Assembly: GCA_973895155.1 (NCBI GenBank)
Contig: OZ316895.1
Location: forward strand, 20,102,803-20,166,802
Length of the DNA: 64,000 nucleotides
Origin: Marsupella aquatica
Lineage: Eukaryota > Plantae > Marchantiophyta
Direction: 5' to 3'
The notes under the pieces are model-generated. The model was not told the origin of the DNA. It ran no database searches and saw nothing but the letters and a program-made list of their open reading frames with translations. The translations under genes were made by a program, and so were the position numbers. How positions within the stretch are numbered: position 1 is the stretch's first letter; each line of letters starts with the position of its first letter. Shown here piece by piece: positions 1 through 11,100 of the stretch.

Positions 1-1344
1 ATCAGGAGACATGAACCCCCTGGTATGAGAGGAAGTATCAGTATCCTCACTCATGCCATCGTCATCACCAGAGCTCTCCATCAGAATACTTAGATACAAG
101 TTCTCTCGGACCCACTTCAAGCATTGCTGCCGATTTGAAACCTTTGGCATTCTCTGAAAAGGGCCTCTGAATCTAGCGCTACAAAAACTATGAGCACAAA
201 TTCATTTAGTCAACAAAAATTGAGTCTGTGCATACTTTCAATTAAAAGACCAATCATGTACAAAAGTCTAAAATAGCAAACTACCTGATGCACTAGTGTT
301 CCTCTTAGTCAAAATTTGGAATCCTCTAAAGCTTATGGAGGATATCGTAAACCCTAGTACCCTGGCCCAGGCCGTGCCCTTGGTTTACTCATCGTCGTTT
401 ATATCCGCACCCCTAATGGCCCTACACAAATTCTCAAACAATTTCTTGGTACTGCCCACTTTATGTGGAAAATACTTGGGTGAGCATCCAAGGAGCATGG
501 AAGCTGCATCCCACAAGTTCACATATAGAGGAGGTGTGTCTCCATGAATGGCATCAAAAATTACAATCATAAACAGAAAATTTCCATATAGAAGGCAAAT
601 AGTGTGGACATGCAGTGAATTCAAGTGACTTAGAACACACTCTACCACTGGGTAGTCTATGAGGGCAAGCCTGGTACACAAATTTCCGTGGGTAAGGATT
701 AGGAGAGACATAATTGGCTATCCACACTAATGCCGTTGGAAATGTGTGGATGTTGCCTCTACCCCTACTATACTCCACTTCAGCTACAGGCAGGTAAACT
801 CTCCCATCTCTTCCTGTCAAAAAGAAAAATTGAGCTTCATTCAGACCCTTCACATCGCTATGCATCTAATATCACATCCCAATGGTCACATCAACACAAG
901 AGTACACAAAAAACTTACCTTCAACCTAATCGAGCCTGAATTTGATGCTCAAACTTCAACAAGATATATCGGACAGCCCGCCTTTGACGTCAACTCGCCG
1001 CACTTCTGCACTCGCAAGAGCGTCATCCTCGCGCCCTTCTTCGCGTTCTTGCCTTGCCTCCTCTTGTGTGCTAAAGCTCCCCCTCACCTTCTCGTCGACC
1101 CTCCTCCGGTGATAGCTATGGCGGTCGTTGTATCACTCACAGAGTAGCAAGACAGCGTAACCTAGAGTTCAAACATGTGCTCACCGTTTTGACCGTTCGG
1201 GCCAAAACAGTCCACGGCAAACGGTAATATCCCGCGATCCGGCTGTGCGGACCAGCATAGGAAGTGCCACACATATTTTGAGCCGCTCCCGCCCAAGCCT
1301 AACCCGGGCGTAAAGTAATCCACAGCTCATATTTGAGACCCCCT
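1..1344. mobile_element. Right end of a TIR DNA transposon; the left end lies outside the window
   Basis: CATATTTGAGACCCCCT|ACT at 1328-1347 differs by one base from the right terminus of the MITE at 20233-20252 (CATATTTGAGACGCCCT|ACT). Confidence 0.55.
385..865 (-). pseudogene. Decayed RPA70 C-terminal (OB fold with zinc ribbon, Rep_fac-A_C-like) reading frame, frameshifted, inside a TIR element
   Basis: Overlapping ORFs 554..865 (ALVWIANY...FVYQACPHRLPSGRVCSKSL...CPH) and 385..711 (FLFMIVIFDA...LYVNLWDAASMLLGCSPK) together resemble the RPA70 DBD-C pattern YxACP..C.K / xD...W.T.F...A..lLG.SA. A GTAAGT donor lies near 918. The upstream exon has in-frame stops. Confidence 0.5.
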
Positions 1345-3677
1345 ACTGGAAGATCACTCCCGGGCCATTCTTGAGCAACAGCAATGTCTTGCAGTTATGA
1401 GTACGGCTGATACTTTGCTGGCGAGATTACCAATAACCCAAACAGTATCAAGTACTAAATCTTACATATATTTGGAGAGAAAAGGGTTGCAAGAGTCTTA
1501 TTTAATATTCCAATTCAAATTGGGACAGATACTATGGACATTTTTATCCCACATATTTTTCCGACATTGCTATATGGCGAATACCTTCTACCTTATTTTG
1601 TTTTATTAAAAATATGAGTTCTGAATTTTCTTTTAAATCTGGCCTAGTGTATCATTTCACTTTGTATTGGTTTGAATTTAACAAATTATCTAACCCCTTT
1701 AATTATATGATTTCATTTGATTTGATATGTTTTATTGTGATAGCTTATCATGTATTTGAAGAGATTTTTATCTGTCATTCATCCTCTATTGCACGAGGTG
1801 GTCAGACTCACCAGGATGCACCCAGTACAAAAACCAGAGATGCCCTGTAGGTTATATGTCCATTGGTGAAAAACTTTCCAACTCTTATGGTTTAGAGGCT
1901 AACAGGTGTCACCTAAATAGTGAATCTTTCAATAGGGCCTAAAAGTAGAGTACAAAGCTAGAGTATAAAGCTAACATACTTTTTTGTCAATCACAAAATA
2001 CTATACCTCTAAGATACATTGATTTATAAGTTATGTATTTGTTTTTCACCTAGAAAGTACGGTAGTTTCTTCACTTTAAAGGTGTGCATTTTTATTCTAT
2101 TTATTTATTTGATTCCCTGTTTTAATGCATTTGAATACTATGCTATAATTTATATTCGATATTTACATAGGATACAATTGACATTATTGTCAATAAGTTA
2201 AAATAGCTGTGTCTTAGAACGAACATGCTATAATGGACATTTCAACACCTCAGGAGCGTACGATAGATTTATTTCTCCACAGGAACCTACTGTAGTTCCA
2301 ATATACCGCTTCCATAATTCCTTCCACTAACCCGAATCACACGCGAGACATATTTCACATGTCTCTTTTGGTACAAGCTCAAAGGAAAGAACGTCGACTG
2401 GAATTAACCGACAAGCTGATGACTTTCACACACGACCTCAGTTCAGTTTTTGTGAGTAAGAAGTGAAAATCCCCAAATTCCAAATCAAAATACTCAATTT
2501 TGCAGGTATTTGCACATAGCCCTCGCCAATGTAAAGTTGTTGCCTAGTGTCTAACGGAGCCTGCCTATCTCCGTTTCTACTTCAGGCCATGTTTGTGCAT
2601 CCTGATATCTAGCTAGATCACAATGTAGCTTGCACTAGCTTCCAAGTAACAGTGTTTGCCCTTTTCACACTATTTGCATAATTCGCCACCTATCCGCCCC
2701 TACAAAAGGGCAATCGGTATATATGACCAAACTTTCGTGTGACTTCACAATAGTCAATCCTCACAACGGTACGATTTTTGAAGTACTTGTAGACAACAAG
2801 TCTCCAGCATCACCCGTAGGATAAGCATGATGCATCAATGACCCCACTAGTCGTCAAAGTTCTGGCAAGTCCACCTATGAACCGCCCTTCTATTCGCTGG
2901 TAGCTGAAAAGATGATGTGCAGTATACCACCGCCAAAAAGTGCCCAATTGTAATCAAGGAACCTGCAGGGCAATTACGTATAAGTTAGATTCCATGGACC
3001 GAGAGTAAGACTGATTAGTTTTCCGAAATCCTAGAAACTGAACTTCAAAAGCATAGACGTGGGAATTGACGAAGGGAAACCAGCCACTTACCTCCAAAGA
3101 CCAGACACTGACTTGCAGCTGCTGAAGTAAGGAATCACGATCAATTCAGTCACCACTGTCCCCTTCCTCACATGACTGCTGATGGAACATCAATACCACT
3201 CCATAAAATCAAGGTCCTCAAACATTTCATCAGACTTCGTATGGGAGAGCGCCATACTTGTCCAATGCAAGCAACGACTCAATTATTTAGATTACATAAC
3301 TCTTTGCAATCATTCTACAATGGCAGTCTCGGAAACAAGCCCAATCAACAACCCATCTGTTCATATTACGGAGCTTCCTCCAATTTCCTCCAAAATCAGT
3401 CTTGAAAGTGAGCTCAACGTCATGCCTGTAAATCCTCGCCAACCACCTCCTCTGTTGCAGAATATTCCCACCATGATCGCATAGGTGATTTGCTCGCAAA
3501 AGACATACTTGCAAAATGGCCAAAATTCTAAAATTGGAAGATGGGAAACGGAGCCAGGCCGCACCATCGTATGAGACAGGATCCGTTTCCTTATCTGTCC
3601 AGACGTCCTATCGTCTTCCACTTATTTAGGGAAAAATTCTACGAGCTCCTAGTTCCCCATTGTCTCTTTACACTTCT

Positions 3678-4886
3678 TCAATACCAGACGTTGCGTGTTG
3701 ACAATCCAGCCCTAATAATCTTCCACGGCTCGGACGACAGAACTGGACTTACGAAGCATTGAACTCCCCGTTGTGATTTCGTCAGAAGCCTCAAAATGTC
3801 CATCTCCATTGGCGCAAATAATAAGATGGCTACAGTAAACACCCAGGCACTCGTCCCTGGACCAAGCTTCCAAAAGTTGCAGATTAAACAGCAAACCAGC
3901 CCGATTAGAAGGCCAGTTGCAGTGCCACGAGGGAAGGAGGAACCTGAAATTGAGCATGCATACTGAGCTCCCAGATTGACATTTTTTATCGTACAACCTT
4001 CGCTCAGTACCAACCTTAAAAGCTCCTCAAATTCGTAGCACCTGGCATGTGCAAGTTCCAACTCCGAGCCCATTTTTCTGTGAAAGTTAGAAAGAACAAC
4101 ATTTCCTTCAGTTCTGAGAATTTCCAGCAGACGTCTAAACCGCTGCACTCGTTGCGGTACAACATTGTAGTAGGTGTACTCTTCAAGAGGCTCTTTCTTG
4201 TATAGCAACGACACCTCGATTTTGTTGGGTTGATCCTTCCGCTCGGTCCCATTTGTGTACTCCTGAAGGTATTCAAACTTGCCAAATATTTCACATTCCC
4301 CTATTCCAAAACAAAAACTGAACTCTTCTTGTGCTTCACATGAAGTGGTTAATCGTAATCTGGCGCCAGCGTCTGGCATCTCCAAAGAGTAGTAACGGTT
4401 GGTGAGTTTGACCTCCAAATTCCTGGTGTATGGGCTGCAGAAATTCCACTCTCCTTTCATCTTCATCCAAGCCTTGTCACAAATAAAGTTCATTGCCACC
4501 TTCCGGAACCCCTGCTTAGCAATTGCGCCACACCAGTCGCCGATGTACATTGTTTTCTCCATACTGAAGGCTTTGGACAGAAAGTATATACAGGCGACCG
4601 TTGCCGGTATGATCCAAGGCACAAATTTGAAGTAGACAGTGATAATTCCAATAGACCAAAGAGTAAAAACATGAAAAACTGTCTTCACGTCACCTGAGAG
4701 CGGGAAGAAAGCACTCGCTGCACTCTTCAGTCGTTTTCTGTCACACATGTTGTACACAACAAAAGCTGGCACCACGCCTGCAACCCAGAGGTATTGTGCT
4801 ATCCCCAAGTTGGAGCAGAGCCATCGTGCCAACCAGTTGTTTATGATGCTGCACACGCCTAAAATAAAAATCGAAGGAGAACTCAT
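3678..4886 (-). CDS. Intronless 402-aa hypothetical membrane protein with hydrophobic helices at both ends and a soluble middle; family not recognised
   Basis: Long uninterrupted ORF from an ATG preceded by an in-frame stop. Hydrophobic segments lie at about aa 5-45, 70-105 and 325-360. Candidate UTR splice sites occur upstream (acceptor near 5010) and downstream (donor near 3090). Confidence 0.7.
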   Translation of the reverse strand: MSSPSIFILGVCSIINNWLARWLCSNLGIAQYLWVAGVVPAFVVYNMCDRKRLKSAASAFFPLSGDVKTVFHVFTLWSIGIITVYFKFVPWIIPATVACIYFLSKAFSMEKTMYIGDWCGAIAKQGFRKVAMNFICDKAWMKMKGEWNFCSPYTRNLEVKLTNRYYSLEMPDAGARLRLTTSCEAQEEFSFCFGIGECEIFGKFEYLQEYTNGTERKDQPNKIEVSLLYKKEPLEEYTYYNVVPQRVQRFRRLLEILRTEGNVVLSNFHRKMGSELELAHARCYEFEELLRLVLSEGCTIKNVNLGAQYACSISGSSFPRGTATGLLIGLVCCLICNFWKLGPGTSAWVFTVAILLFAPMEMDILRLLTKSQRGVQCFVSPVLSSEPWKIIRAGLSTRNVWY

Positions 4887-5302
4887 ATTTCCCGAGCGAA
4901 GTGGGGGCTCTCCTTAACCAAAGTATTGTCCGTCCGTCCGTCCGCCAAGAGATATCGCAGTGGACAGAGTAAGAAACCGGGCGGGATTCCACACTCGATG
5001 TGGACCAATCTACATAAACCAAACGGGCACCTCTACGAACTGACAAAAAGCGTCATCCTCCACCTCCTACAGTCCCAATTCACAACCCTAACAGCCTTGA
5101 AGCTCATTGCAAAGACGATGCCGTTCACGTACAGCAATCTTAGAAAAAAAATCGCATCTGCCTTCCTCTTCACTCGACACGTTTTCCGGAACGAAATGAC
5201 CTTAGGCTCTTTACTTGCCTGAGCCACAAACTTCAGCGCCTTGACCTGACCTTTGCCTCTTGCTTGCCTGACGGACCTCGTCTGATGCACTTCTGATGCT
5301 CT

Positions 5303-5424
5303 TCTGATGGGAAAAAGGTAGTTCGAATTTGTGGCCCCAGACTCTGACGGGGAAGAAGAAGGTGCGAATTTGAGGTCCCAGTCTCTGATGGGGAAGAAGG
5401 TGGTGCGGATTTGTGGTCCCCGTC
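5303..5424. repeat. Three ~41-bp tandem repeats (TCTGAYGGGRAARARG..G.KCGRATTTGWGGYCCC) upstream of the membrane-protein gene
   Basis: Copies start at about 5303, 5343 and 5384. Confidence 0.8.
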
Positions 5425-5645
5425 TCAGCGCTCGCCAAGAAACCTCGTGTTCCAGCCGGTCTGCAAAGTCACGATGGGAAGAAACGAAAACGCTGCAAAG
5501 AGAATTATTACTCGTGCAAAACTCGTGTTGACGACCAAGTCTGAATATATACTGCGAGTGCACTAGACAGGAATAATAAACTTATGGTTTTATATACTTG
5601 CAGCGATCCGCATAAGAGATGGAACCTTTTCTCGGATATTAAGAT

Positions 5646-5930
5646 AGGGGTCCCTTAGAAGAGCTTGGAGATTCAATCGTAGCCATTCAAATGTGTGAAC
5701 TGGCCACGCTTCACTTTGCATGTGACAAGGAAAGGCCTGGTCATCTGTGGTGGGCCCTTTGTGAGTCCTGTTTTTTGTTGATGTGGCCTTTTTTTAATCT
5801 GAAATTGAGCCTAGCCCTCTATTCAGTTTTTGAATTTAATTCCTCCCACCTGACACATTTTGACAATGGACCCCAGGTTTACAATGACTGAGTGACATTT
5901 TTGTCCCCCTAAGTTCTTATAAGGCCCCCT
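5646..5930. mobile_element. Possible degenerate MITE
   Basis: Imperfect inverted termini: AGGGGTCCCTTAGAAGAGCTTG versus the reverse complement of CCTAAGTTCTTATAAGGCCCCCT. No clean TSD. Confidence 0.3.
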
Positions 5931-6667
5931 GCAAAGCTGTGTAAAGGGATTCTAGTTTTTTTAATTTATTTTAACTTTTAAGCACATCGTCACCAAAAAT
6001 ATTTGAATTTACAATATTATCATTGTTTTTTTTATTTATTTGTTTTTTTGATATTTATATTGGTAAACTTGTCATCCATATACTAAACGGTGATATTTTC
6101 ACAAAAAATAAAATAAAAATGTCAGCATTGTCAAATAGAACAACTTTAATGGCAAAGTACAAAAAATTATCATTTATTTTAGTTCGAAAAAAAGGCACTA
6201 GTACAAGATCATTTACTACTATAACGCAGGCTTTTGAGTTTAAAAAAAAAGAGGAGAAGAAGTCGTATTAAAAGTAAACATCTGTGGATGTAGGGAACCC
6301 ATTGTGCGTCACCATGATATGCACCTCTGACTTTGCCAGCAAGATCCACCTCATGTCCACGAAAGACCCACAGTCCTCGTCAAAAGTATCCTCTTCAAAA
6401 GTAAAGATTTGTCAAGAACTTGCGGACTCTGCCACTTGTGGGCTCGTGACAATCATTATTGGCTAGAATTGAATTCATCGAATCGATAGTGGTTCAATAT
6501 TGGATTGGAATTTAGTGACAGCATTCCAGCAAAAGTCAGAAACGATTGAATCTGGACAGGGAGGTGACGGATTTGTCAAGATTCAAGCCGACTTCTGTTG
6601 AATGTGGTGGACGATGGGGTTTACAAGTATTGATGCAGACAATAACCTGGAAGCTCAATGGATGGGG

Positions 6668-6713
6668 TGTCTCGTCGACTCCAAAGTAGATGTCTCGTCG
6701 ACTCCAAAGTAGA
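6668..6713. repeat. Perfect 23-bp tandem duplication TGTCTCGTCGACTCCAAAGTAGA x2
   Basis: Directly visible. Confidence 0.85.
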
Positions 6714-7073
6714 GAGACACTCAGAGAAGGTTGAAGAAAAAGCCGAAGAGACGGACATACAAACGTCACATTGCATTCGCATTGAAAGGTTGAAAGGTGA
6801 AAGTGAACTTCCACAGGTTTGTTTGCTGTAGTGAAGTATGATTTCTAAGGTGTCGAATTCCATTTTATGATTTTACATCTACTTCTTTTACTCAATTCAA
6901 CTGATTATGGATCAAATTCTCGTAGACTGAGTGGAAGTTTGAACTGTCTACTCCATTTCAGACTGTTTGGCTAATAATAAATAACTGGGCAGATCTTAAA
7001 GACCGCTACACCATTGAGTACAGGACCTGAAACACAGATGTCATGGAAGTCATCCAGAGTTATTTATTATAGA

Positions 7074-7226
7074 CTAGCCCAATGCCCGTGCGTTGCACGA
7101 AAGATGTCGAGTGATAAAAAAATGTCGAATGAAAAAATATGTCGAGTGATAAAAAAATGTCGAATGAAAAAATATGTCGAGTGATAAGCTGATGTCAAAG
7201 TGATAAAAGGATGTCAAAGTGATAGA
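7074..7226 (-). mobile_element. Non-autonomous Helitron-like element or Helitron 3' end, with an internal ~17-18-bp minisatellite
   Basis: The minus strand ends CGTGCAACGCACGGGCATTGGGCTAG|T, a hairpin plus CTAG before T that is typical of plant Helitron 3' ends. A candidate 5' end A|TCTATC lies at 7226. Internal ATGTCGAGTGATAAAAAA-type repeats span 7103-7225. Confidence 0.55.
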
Positions 7227-8148
7227 TTCTGGGAAAGGGAGTTAGTAACGCACTTGGAATAATAGCAGCTCTACGTGCAAACCTGGGAAGTGGACAAGGG
7301 AATAATGCACATGAATAGCTGAAGAAGCATAACGAGTGAACGATCCTGAGAAGAGGACGATCCTGAGAAATTTGCTGTGCAAATGTGCTCTCCACGATAA
7401 ATGGGAGTAGAGTACGCAGCAAGGGCGCAAAGTTGCATCAGTCCAGAAAATTTCCATGGACGAAGCGAAGAAACACCCCACTAGAAGCATACGTTCTGAA
7501 GTACATCATCTTCAAGAATTATACATTGTCTATTTGGGTTAAGAGCATAATATACGTAGTAACAATTTAACGCACTGCTCCCAAAAAAGATAATTCCGGA
7601 AAAGTTTGAAGCACTCTTATCTTTGAAAGGAAATCACCTGAAGGTGAAGTGGAACAAAGCACAGTAGGATGAAAGCCCCTCCAACAATCTGGACACGTCG
7701 AGATAACTCGTCCAGAAAAACTGGGCTTTCATCGTGAGGAGATTGACTTGGACACAATGCAATAACACAGGTGCTAACTATACCTATGGTATCCACGCCT
7801 CTAGAGCTGTTTTCGTACACTTTCTGAGCTGAGCTTCAAGGAGAAGTATAGGATGGATTCTATCAGTTGGTTGTCGCAGATCCACACCCTCTGTGGTTGG
7901 TGATTCTACTCTTTTTCCCGAGCCATCGAGGGTGCTAAATGTAGCTAAAGTGGACAAAGGCACCGTGCCCACGGGACGAATGTGAGTGTTACATCAAAGG
8001 GCAGTTCATTCTACTGATGCAAGAAAATCTAGTCCCGGGTTGAAAGTGCGAGGACTGTATTGAACACAACAGCCGAGTTGTGCTACAAAATTGCCTTGTG
8101 TAGGTGATTGTCCCAAATCTGGTGAGAGAAGCACTCCGAATCAATTAA

Positions 8149-11100
8149 TTATAACCATACATCAGCAGGGTAGGAGTCGATTTCCGAGGCTATCTCTGAT
8201 ATTAGGCGTTCTGACTTGTCATCGTGACCACCTGCAAAATTGTACACACGGTATGCCAGTTGGAAAGCCTTCCACAGCATTTGGGAACAGAGTCTCTGGC
8301 GGTTTGAGTCGTATCCTTGGACACGTACCCTGTCCCTGCTGTCGATTTGGCTGGTTCGCTTACTCTCCTGCACCCATGATCAAGCACCAAAGTCATGAAC
8401 CTCTTGTGAAAAGATAAAATCAGTTGTTGGACCTTTCCACGTTAACCAATTGGTTTCAGAGATCAGAAAGTATCCGATATCCACCAAACAATTTGTGAAA
8501 TGGACGAGGAGGATCTACGAGAATGCAAACCGCACATAAATGGGGTGAGAACATGTGATGACTAACCTCTAGTGCCTGGATCAGGCATCGAGATGAGAGA
8601 CCAACCATGGCTTCCTTAATTCGCCCAATGATAGAGAAGTCAAATTTTATTTTTTGGTTTGTGAAGCGCTTGAAGTCCTCATCCTTCGAACCTTCAACCA
8701 CTTCCAACTCTTTCTTTATCTGGAGAGATGTTGCGTGGATGTCATGTAAGCTACAATGAAAAGTAGCGAAATCTTGCAAAAAGGGATTGGCAATTCATCC
8801 TCTATTTCTCGCCATCGCTATTACTAATATTAGCCAGCCGCTAAGTGATCAACGCAATCATCGAATAACACAAAGCTGGATCAAAGCACCCCATTCAATT
8901 TATAATGCTGCATGCAAGTCTACCTTGTCAAAGTACCGAGTAACTTTGTCCAGGTGTTCTGAGAGTGGTCCTTGGAGCTCCCACTTCTCAAGTTCCTGAG
9001 CCATGGAGAGAAGCCTTGAATATAGTGCCGCAGCCAGCCTGAGAGTCTCTAACTTATTGCTCGGAAAGCCTTTGAACCGTGCCAATACCTACTTACAAAC
9101 AGCAACGCACATGAGATGCACTGGGATCAGGGACTCTTCCATTTGTGTCGGTTCAATATGTCTCAAATCGTAGGTGGCATAAGCTTGCAAGAATACAACC
9201 ATCTAAAACAAGAAACGATCATTCAAAGTATACCTGAGTCTCATCAGTGAGATTCTCCAAGATGGACTCCAGTTTCTTATGGAAACGCAGCAATTGCTCC
9301 ATATCTGCAGTTTCAAAGTTGTCCAGTGCTCTCTTGGATTCTTCTATATCATCGTGATATCGCTGAACATCATCCTCTATTTTCTGGAAGTATGTTGATC
9401 TGAACGAGTGACAACCCTAGCGTCAGTCTATGAAACTGTGCTGACACCATTCTCCATTTTACCATTGGTAAGCGGTATAGTGACCAAAACTTCATGGTAA
9501 TTGGACTCAAATTCGTGGTAAAGTGTTCTCATGCATGTCAAATCTTCCAGAAAACTCTAAACCAAACTCAAGGCCCGCATCTACAACCATGCCCAATTGG
9601 AAAGTCCAATCCATTCAGAAACAGATAGTCTCACCTCTTTGACATTTCTGCAAGAGCTTCAGCCATACCCTCACGAGTTCCACTTGTGCTGAGCCTCCGA
9701 GAAGATGATCCAAGACCCCCTGGTGTAGATTGTATGTGAGCTGCTCCTTCAATTTTAGTTTTCAGATTCCTATACAGCCTGCTGATTTTTACCGACCGTT
9801 TCAAGTTACTGCTCTGCTTCTTCAGCAGCAGGAAACCAGATCCTGAAGGGGGCATGGGCGGTGGAGGGGGAGGTGGCGGCCCTGGCCTTTTTACACCCGG
9901 ACCTCCAACGTTACCACCTAATGCAATTGTGCAATTAGGTAAAATTCTAAGTGGTTCCCGTGCAGGGCTCTTACCAGGAACCTTTGGTACAGGTGCATTC
10001 CGAACACCAAACAAATCAGCTGGTTTTATCTTCCCCAGGCCCTGATTTTCCCTGGCTGTACACGGCAACAAATCTGCTCGGGGCAGTCCGGCGATCTCAA
10101 TGGGAGTTTCGGCTGGGTGATGAAGTTCTCTCTCGGAAAGTATATTAGACGGGCATTGAATGTTAGGGTTGGCTGCTCGTGTGCGAACAGACGTGGGGGT
10201 CCGTCCACTCTTTCCAGACAGGGATGAAGGTGGAGACTCTTCCATCTGCTCTGGATCAGGAGAGGATCGAGCTACTGGTTCGGATTTCTCTAACAACCTG
10301 ATAGAATCAGATAAAGATCCGTGTGTGCTTGTTCCTGGAGATGGCTGAGAGCTACAGCTGGGAGTTTCTGGTGGGGTCTTGCTTGAGCGTTTAAGATGTT
10401 GGTTCATTGTGTCCAGCTTATTAATTATATTTTGGCCTGCAACGCCCACACAATGACCAAGGTTAAGGAGCATAAATCTGGCCAAAAGACATTAGAGCTA
10501 AAACCAATGCAACGCACATTTTGCCCTTTGTAGTAACTACATTCCAAAACTGACGTTCGCTATTTAGAATGGGTGACAAAGCGACCAAAAGAACTCAAAA
10601 GTCAGATAACCTAATATTAAGCAAGCATCAGTACGTAGTAAACTCATTTGAAATACTTCTGGACTGAACTAGCTTCTATTCTGAGAAAATTGACTATTAG
10701 AAGATAGAACTACTCACTTAAGACCTCCACGGTATGCGGCTCCTCAGAGGTTGGCGTGTTAGGCCTTGTGATTTTGTTCTTACTACTTTGTGATTTTCCA
10801 GCTGAAGCTGAATTAGATGTGACAGTGCCCAACGGACTTTCTGACTTCTGTCGTGGGACATCCCTGGTCCGCTTCCTAGCATTTCTTTTCTCTTCTATGT
10901 CTGAGACAGTTAACAACCACAACTGATTCAGACACTCAACAACCACTGAGCACCCAAGACGATTGTTTCCACTGGCAAATACGAAGGTGCGACACAAACG
11001 AGAAGGTCAGCAATTAGTTTTTCAGTGGTGTGTAACAGTATCACAAAGAATTGTAACATACTTCGAAGGCAAGTCTGGGCAGCTTTCTCCATGTGATCAT

